Both the position numbers and the translations under genes were made by a program. From an uncultured Desulfurococcaceae archaeon (GTDB taxonomy: Archaea; Thermoproteota; Thermoprotei_A; Sulfolobales; NBVN01), in the NCBI GenBank assembly GCA_964482405.1, contig CAYZXH010000002.1, positions 1 to 61,085 on the forward strand: a stretch of DNA of 61,085 nucleotides, read 5' to 3'. Positions 56,333 through 61,085 of this stretch are shown one piece after another. The notes beneath the pieces were generated by a model, which made no database searches, was not told where the DNA came from, and worked only from the letters and a program-made list of their open reading frames with translations. Positions within the stretch are counted from its first letter, which is position 1. Each line of letters opens with the position of its first letter.

Positions 56333-57088
56333 ATGGTAACGAAAATAAAGGTTTTAAAGGAGTATGAGAGCGAGGGTAAGCACCTACTCATAGGCTTGCC
56401 TGGCATGGGTAGGGTTGGTTATGCCTCAGTAAATTATATTCTGGAGAGGATGGGCGGTGACTTAGTCGCGGAGCTTTACTCAACGACGTTCCCTTCCCAG
56501 CTAGTCGTTAACAGGAGAGGGCTCTCAACACTCTTCACAGGCCGCTTATACGAGGTTGATAACTTTCTAATATTCACTGGTGAGACACAGCCTCAGAATC
56601 CGGACGGTCAGCACGAGATATGTGTTGAGTTACTGAATCATGTAGTGAGTAGGGGTAGCCCTGCCTCACTTATAGCTACCGCGGCCTACGTAGTTCCTGA
56701 GTACAGTGACTCAAGAAGAGTTTTCGTGGCCGGGAACGACGAGGAGTTACTAAATGAGTTGGGGAATCTAGGCGGTAATATTCTTGAAGAGGGGGTCATA
56801 ACCGGGGTTAACGGGATAATAGTTGGGTGGGCTTCCTACTACGGCATTAGGAGTGCTGTCATGCTGGGCGAGACTTGGTCAACTATAGTGGAGTTTAACG
56901 AAGTTGATTACAGGGCTGTTAAGTCTGTCGTAGACTTACTTAAGAGTTACCTAAAGATAAAGATCCCTACTGAGGATCTTATAAGTCAGGCAGAGGTGGT
57001 TGAGTCTAGGATTAAGGCAGCACTCTCGCAAGTTAGTAAGCTTATGGGTAGAGGTGCTGAAAGGAGAGAGTCTAGGGAAATAATGTAA
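56333..57088 (+). CDS. PAC2-family proteasome assembly chaperone-like protein (COG1938)
   Basis: 251 aa; LIGLPGMGRVGYASVNYI N-terminus is characteristic of the PAC2/DUF75 family. Confidence 0.7.
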   Translation: MVTKIKVLKEYESEGKHLLIGLPGMGRVGYASVNYILERMGGDLVAELYSTTFPSQLVVNRRGLSTLFTGRLYEVDNFLIFTGETQPQNPDGQHEICVELLNHVVSRGSPASLIATAAYVVPEYSDSRRVFVAGNDEELLNELGNLGGNILEEGVITGVNGIIVGWASYYGIRSAVMLGETWSTIVEFNEVDYRAVKSVVDLLKSYLKIKIPTEDLISQAEVVESRIKAALSQVSKLMGRGAERRESREIM

Positions 57089-57106
57089 GATTTGGGAGAA
57101 GTTTTT

Positions 57107-57640
57107 ATGAAGGTCTGCGTCGGCACTAAGAATCCCTCAAAACTAGAGGGCATAAAACAAGCTTTCAAGGAAGTCTACAAAACCGAAAATGTGGAGTTGA
57201 TTAGCGTAGAGTCCACGAGTCTAACGCCGCAGCCCATAGGACTTGACGAGATCGTCAAAGGCGCTTTAGGGAGGGTTTACGCCTCATTATTACATAAAGA
57301 CTGCGATTTCTATGTGGGGGTTGAGGCAGGGATAATAGAGGTTATACCCGACACGTACGTCGACATACAGGTAACATTGATTAGGGACTCGAGGGGGCGT
57401 CAATCAATAGGCTTCTCACCGGGGTTTCAAGTACCAGGCAAGTTAATGAGACTAATCACAAATAAAGAAGTTAAAGAATTAGAGGAAGCTGTCGCTAAAA
57501 TTTACAATATAGTGAATATCGGTGAACGCGAGGGCGTTATCTACCTGCTTTCTAAGGGGTTGCTAGACAGAACTTACTTAACTAAGTTATCTGTTTTAAT
57601 GGCTTTGATGCGGTGGGTGAACGAGGAAGCATATAGCTAA
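57107..57640 (+). CDS. non-canonical purine NTP phosphatase (YjjX/DUF84-like inosine/xanthosine triphosphatase)
   Basis: MKVCVGTKNPSKLEGIKQAF...QPIG...GA N-terminal pattern. ATG 57107 is preferred over TTG 57092 from the track. Confidence 0.7.
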   Translation: MKVCVGTKNPSKLEGIKQAFKEVYKTENVELISVESTSLTPQPIGLDEIVKGALGRVYASLLHKDCDFYVGVEAGIIEVIPDTYVDIQVTLIRDSRGRQSIGFSPGFQVPGKLMRLITNKEVKELEEAVAKIYNIVNIGEREGVIYLLSKGLLDRTYLTKLSVLMALMRWVNEEAYS

Positions 57641-57781
57641 GGATTTAGTTACGTGGTTAAATCATTGAGTACCACTTCTTATCATGCTTTTATTAAAACA
57701 AAGTGAAGCGTTGTTGAAAGGATCAAGTTGTTAAACGGGTGAAGTCTTTTATATGATCATGAAGCCAGAATTGTTGTGTGA

Positions 57782-58102
57782 GTGAAAATGTTGGAGAGTA
57801 AGTTACCGCTCCTGTGGTTGTTAAGGATAATCAAAGAGCTGGAAAATACGGGCAACTTACTAGAACTCCATAAAACGGTCTATAAGTTGCAGAACGAGAG
57901 AGGCATTAAATTCGGTTACGATTTCGTGAAATATTCTTTCGGACCCTACTCTAAAGACTTAGAGAATGACTTAATTCTGTTAGCTCAGGTAGGGTTAGTT
58001 GTGATAGAGAGTGAGGAAAGGGGGACGCACGTGAGGCTAAGCAACAAGGGGCTGGCCTTATTATCATCCCTAGATAGCTCAGGCACCAACGCAATAAAAT
58101 AG
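57782..58102 (+). CDS. small winged-helix-like protein, YwgA/Panacea(DUF4065)-like signature
   Basis: 106 aa; KLQNERGIKFGYDFVKYSFGPYSKDLENDL resembles the F-x-Y-GPYS-x-L motif of YwgA/SocA-like proteins; tentative. Confidence 0.4.
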   Translation: MKMLESKLPLLWLLRIIKELENTGNLLELHKTVYKLQNERGIKFGYDFVKYSFGPYSKDLENDLILLAQVGLVVIESEERGTHVRLSNKGLALLSSLDSSGTNAIK

Positions 58103-58199
58103 TTTTGAGGCATCATTCTCTGGCGAGCTATTAATCATTTCTTTATCGTCAACTTATCGTTGCGAACGCTTCTTTCTAGGTCTTTAGTATAGATCTTTA

Positions 58200-58934
58200 T
58201 TATGTGGCTAAAGCGTACTTCTTCAGTATATCGCTAAGTCTTTCCGGGTTTTTCGTGTAGAATCTCAGTTTAATGGATGCTCTGCCACCACTCGGTGCTT
58301 GGATTAAGTCTACGTACATCCTTTTCGTGTTTTGTTCTACCCTATACTGATCTGCTTTCAGAGGGAATTTTAAAGTAATTCCAGTTCCTACGATCCCCCT
58401 ATCGTAGACTTCATATTCTGCAACGACTTGAACGAAGGACTTGACAGCTCTCCTCCCCGCGAGGTTTATTACCTGAACAAGACCGTATGGGACCTCATAT
58501 CCTATTAAATACGCTAAGAACCTATACTCAGCTACCTCTATGGCTAGAGCCCTAATGAAGTCGAAATACCACCAATACCATATCAAGAATGCCGGGAATA
58601 TCACTAAATTAAGTAATGAGATTTTAAGTATGGGCTTTAACTCGGAAACGAGTTCCGCGTCCTTGCTCTGGAGTTCTAGAACGTCATTCCTTGAAGCCTT
58701 GAAAAGTAGTCTGCCGGTCCTTATCTCGCTCGGCGATACGTTACCGCCTATTCTTGATTTCCTCACACTCCAGCCCGTAAAGAGTATTGCTACTATAAAG
58801 AACACTATGAAGGTGTACTGATAGTATTGAGGGTAGAACACGTTTATGATAGCTAAGCTAAAGATAAGTACTTGAGAGTATATGAGGGTGAAAACAAGCT
58901 GTTTCCTGCTCTGGTAGTAAGCCACTGCACTCAC
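58200..58934 (-). CDS. membrane protein with a C-terminal soluble domain, unknown function
   Basis: 244 aa with about 4 TM segments followed by a beta-rich C-terminal domain; divergent from the kinase-like gene. Confidence 0.55.
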   Translation of the reverse strand: MSAVAYYQSRKQLVFTLIYSQVLIFSLAIINVFYPQYYQYTFIVFFIVAILFTGWSVRKSRIGGNVSPSEIRTGRLLFKASRNDVLELQSKDAELVSELKPILKISLLNLVIFPAFLIWYWWYFDFIRALAIEVAEYRFLAYLIGYEVPYGLVQVINLAGRRAVKSFVQVVAEYEVYDRGIVGTGITLKFPLKADQYRVEQNTKRMYVDLIQAPSGGRASIKLRFYTKNPERLSDILKKYALAT

Positions 58935-58991
58935 CCTAAGGAAACTTAATTACGTGGTAATAAATTACTATTTTAGGTGGGTTGATTAAGA

Positions 58992-59672
58992 GTGAACAGG
59001 CTAGGACTCATCACCTTACTGGACAAGATGATTTCTCAGTCTGAAGTTATTGAGAGGTCCGGTGTCAAGTACGTGCTGAAGAACTTCGCTAAAGAAATGT
59101 CTCTTAAGTGGTTTCCTTTAAGTACTTTCTTAAGTTTCGTTTACCCATTCACCTACGACCCCGCAGAGAGGTTGGAGAGAGAACTCGCTTTCTTCAGCAG
59201 AGAGTGGGAATTCTTTAAAACGCCTAAGATAGTTGAAGTCGATAGAGAAAATCACAGAATACTGCGTGAGTACGTGGAGGGCAGGGCGCTAGATACTGAT
59301 ATTGACGCGGGTAAACTAGGTAAAACGTTAGGGGAGATTCACGGGGAGGGGTGGGCGCTAGGGGACGTCAAACTAACTAATTTCCTAGTGCGTGATGATA
59401 GCTCTTTTTATGTGATAGATGCAGAGCAAGCTATACCTAAGGCGGAAACACAACACATGGCTTGGGACTTATACTTGGTTTTCTTAGCAGTTAGCTACGT
59501 ATACATAAAATCGCCTAGCAAGTTTGAAGAGTTTCTCGAGGAATTCTTATCTAATCACAACAACGTGTGTAATTGCTGGAGGATCTACGAGAGTTTTAAT
59601 ACTCCGAGACTTCAAGGCCTACTAATCCTGCTTCCTCCCTCACATCTTTTCAAGCTAGCTAAGGTGCTTTAA
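58992..59672 (+). CDS. small protein kinase-like protein (Bud32/RIO/Kdo-kinase-like fold)
   Basis: 226 aa; VKYVLKNF (VxK lysine), catalytic loop LGDVKLTNFLV and the metal-binding YVIDAEQA. Confidence 0.6.
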   Translation: MNRLGLITLLDKMISQSEVIERSGVKYVLKNFAKEMSLKWFPLSTFLSFVYPFTYDPAERLERELAFFSREWEFFKTPKIVEVDRENHRILREYVEGRALDTDIDAGKLGKTLGEIHGEGWALGDVKLTNFLVRDDSSFYVIDAEQAIPKAETQHMAWDLYLVFLAVSYVYIKSPSKFEEFLEEFLSNHNNVCNCWRIYESFNTPRLQGLLILLPPSHLFKLAKVL

Positions 59673-59753
59673 ATTTGTTTGCCTGACTTAGTGATTTAGT
59701 GTTTAAATATTTAATTGCTTGCTTGAGATTTTTCAGGGCGTGAGGGATTACAG

Positions 59754-60695
59754 TTGAGCAAGAGGAAACACTACCCAACCCTAATGATTATGTTGGTAGC
59801 TAGTTTACTGCTATTTACGAACATAGTTTTTCAAGCTTCCGATAACGTGAGCTGCACATATATTCTCTACCCTGACGGACACGCTGATATAAAGATAGTG
59901 TATAATGTGACCGGAAAGGATTTCGTTGAGATAAAACTCGAGAGAGGGTACGTAAGTGAGACAATAACTGTTTTCTCAGATAGCGGGATACCGCTACCTT
60001 ACGTTTTAGAACCAGACGGGAGGGTAATCGTTAACACAACATACTTGAGTAACATAACCGTAGAGTATGAGGCTGTGGTGGGGGAGGCACTTACCGAAGT
60101 TCAGGTCAACACCGTCATAAACCCGTTAGGTCCTGCTGAAGTGATATTGCCGCCTAACTCAGCCCTCCTCTATTTCAACGGCTCGCCAAGAATAACCACC
60201 ATCACCGACCCGTCAGGCATGCAGTTTTATATAGTGTTGAGCTACGACAGGGAGGGCACCTACGAGATAAGCTTCCTATTACTCCCTCCCACAGAAACAA
60301 CCACGACGGGAACCTCCGGGCCTCAAACGAGTCCGCAACCCTCTGAGGGTGCAGTGACATCAACCATACTCATCCTCGCCTTAGCTGGCGTGGCAGCAGC
60401 AGCTCTGTTAGTGTTCTTCATCATGAAGAGAAGGTTTGAGAAAGCACCTGAGATAGAACCCCTACTAGAGTATGGTTTCGACGAACGCGATAAAGTGATT
60501 CTTAAAACCTTAGGTATGGGTGAAGCAACTTTATCGGATTTAAGTAAAACAACGGGACTAAACAAATCCGTGGTTTGGAGAAGACTAGAGAGACTTAGGG
60601 AATTAGGGTATGTTGAAAAGATCTATTCTAGGGGTAAGTCCATATATAGGCTTACGGAGAGAGGCTTCAAAACACTTAAAGAGTTGGACAGCTAG
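59754..60695 (+). CDS. membrane-anchored winged-helix transcription regulator with an extracytoplasmic domain
   Basis: 313 aa. Signal/TM, sequon-rich about 170-aa ectodomain, Thr/Pro-rich stalk (TETTTTGTSGPQTSPQP), TM, then a cytoplasmic MarR/TrmB-like wHTH (ATLSDLSKTTGLNKSVVWRRLERLRELGYV). Confidence 0.65.
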   Translation: MSKRKHYPTLMIMLVASLLLFTNIVFQASDNVSCTYILYPDGHADIKIVYNVTGKDFVEIKLERGYVSETITVFSDSGIPLPYVLEPDGRVIVNTTYLSNITVEYEAVVGEALTEVQVNTVINPLGPAEVILPPNSALLYFNGSPRITTITDPSGMQFYIVLSYDREGTYEISFLLLPPTETTTTGTSGPQTSPQPSEGAVTSTILILALAGVAAAALLVFFIMKRRFEKAPEIEPLLEYGFDERDKVILKTLGMGEATLSDLSKTTGLNKSVVWRRLERLRELGYVEKIYSRGKSIYRLTERGFKTLKELDS

Positions 60696-60743
60696 CTCAG
60701 CAATTAACAACAGACCTAGCGAGCTGACCTCCTCCCCGTCCTA

Positions 60744-60773
60744 AAGGGCGGGGATTCCCCGTCCTCCAGGACT
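60744..60773 (-). repeat. GC hairpin plus GGAGGAGGTCAG repeat, copy 3 (inverted orientation)
   Basis: The minus strand reads ccccgccctttaggacggggaggaggtcag, with 3 substitutions relative to copies 1 and 2. It lies 49 nt after the stop of the 59754-60695 gene. Confidence 0.8.
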
Positions 60774-61021
60774 GGGAGGTTTGGGATTATATCTCCCTGC
60801 TTTGGGGGATTCAATCCCGGGCCGGGTCTCCGACCCATTACCCCTACCCCTCCTTCGAGAGACTCGGGGTTATGGATATTATTATCATAGTCTCGGGAGC
60901 ATAGTTCTAACCCAGTGTGTTTGGCTCGCGTATTGAGTGTTGCCAGGGAGTAGCTCCCGAGACTCACGAACATCGACACTATTATCATCGAGAACATTAC
61001 CGGATACGGAACTTATAAGTA
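60774..61021 (-). mobile_element. possible decayed, rearranged IS200/IS605-family (tnpB/orfB-like) 3-prime fragments
   Basis: No intact ORF. Two direct duplicates (60868-60912 and 60964-60999) translate on the minus strand to RDYDNNIHNPESLEGG and LDDNSVDVRESRE, which resemble the RuvC-III motif D-x-N-A-A-x-N-I. An 11-bp perfect inverted repeat lies at 60910-60920/60963-60973. Hairpin repeat copies 3 and 4 flank the region. Confidence 0.3.
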
Positions 61022-61059
61022 CCGCCCCCATCCTAAAAGGGTGAGGCTTTCAGTTGTAA
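61022..61059 (-). repeat. GC hairpin repeat, copy 4 (degenerate)
   Basis: The minus strand reads ttacaactgaaagcctcacccttttaggatgggggcgg and aligns with copy 2 (ttacaaccgaaagcctcgcccttcagggcgggg...). A further partial caactgaaaacc sits at the window edge (61074-61085). Confidence 0.6.
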
Positions 61060-61085
61060 GCCATGAGGGATTAGGTTTTCAGTTG

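Noticed and set aside
60824-60838. tRNA T-arm-like sequence gggggattcaatccc.
   Set aside because: It folds only as a 4-bp stem with a 5-nt loop. No acceptor, D or anticodon arms can be built around it.
60716-60997. The 93-aa minus-strand ORF from the track as a genuine protein-coding gene.
   Set aside because: It has low-complexity Gly/Pro/Arg-rich composition. It runs through repeat copy 3 and into flanking DNA, is preceded by stops, and spans internal DNA duplications and an inverted repeat. It looks like a decayed fragment or a chance ORF.
61047-61085. Possible start of a CRISPR array (tttcagttg repeated with about 30-nt spacing at the window edge).
   Set aside because: Only two 9-12 nt matches are present, spaced too closely for repeat-spacer units. 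The first is part of repeat copy 4. No cas genes or longer repeats are visible.
60716-61085. Known structured RNA (RNase P RNA, SRP/7S RNA) in the GC-rich non-coding tail.
   Set aside because: Neither strand has the hallmark motifs I could look for: GGAAAGUCC/ACAGAA of the RNase P P4 helix, and the GGAA-tetraloop CCGGAAGG helix 8 of SRP RNA. AT-rich internal stretches are atypical for thermophile structural RNAs.

Overview
This 61-kb window looks like a chromosomal segment of a (hyper)thermophilic archaeon, most consistent with a crenarchaeote (Thermoprotei, Desulfurococcales-like). Supporting signs are roughly mid-40s % GC, dense coding on both strands, many ATGA/GTGA start-stop overlaps, frequent GTG/TTG starts, a tRNA intron at position 37/38, and archaeal marker genes (xerA, nucS, apgM, archaeal gap, tetraether lipid synthase, geranylgeranyl reductase). 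Most of it is core metabolism. The largest feature is a complete 14-gene Mbh-type (group 4) membrane-bound [NiFe] hydrogenase with an Mrp antiporter module (6291-14438). It is flanked by hypF and by a tandem B-box-like zinc-finger gene that overlaps the hycI maturation protease. Other content: pyrimidine genes (pyrK, pyrD, pyrH, pyrF), pgk-gap and apgM, mvk, nadE, a four-subunit 2-oxoacid:ferredoxin oxidoreductase, a Tes/GGR lipid gene pair, a DHH-NucS-TatD nuclease operon, two HD-phosphohydrolase paralogs, tRNA-Pro(CGG), and an intron-containing tRNA-Leu(CAA). I found no CRISPR array, no intact mobile element and no convincing defence island. The most unusual signal is a GC-rich hairpin repeat ending in GGAGGAGGTCAG: two identical copies, one near-identical copy and one degenerate copy. 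The last two copies lie in a structured, non-coding 370-bp stretch at the window edge, which I tentatively read as decayed IS200/IS605 (tnpB-like) 3-prime fragments. All functional calls come from motif recognition in the translated ORFs; no database search was possible.
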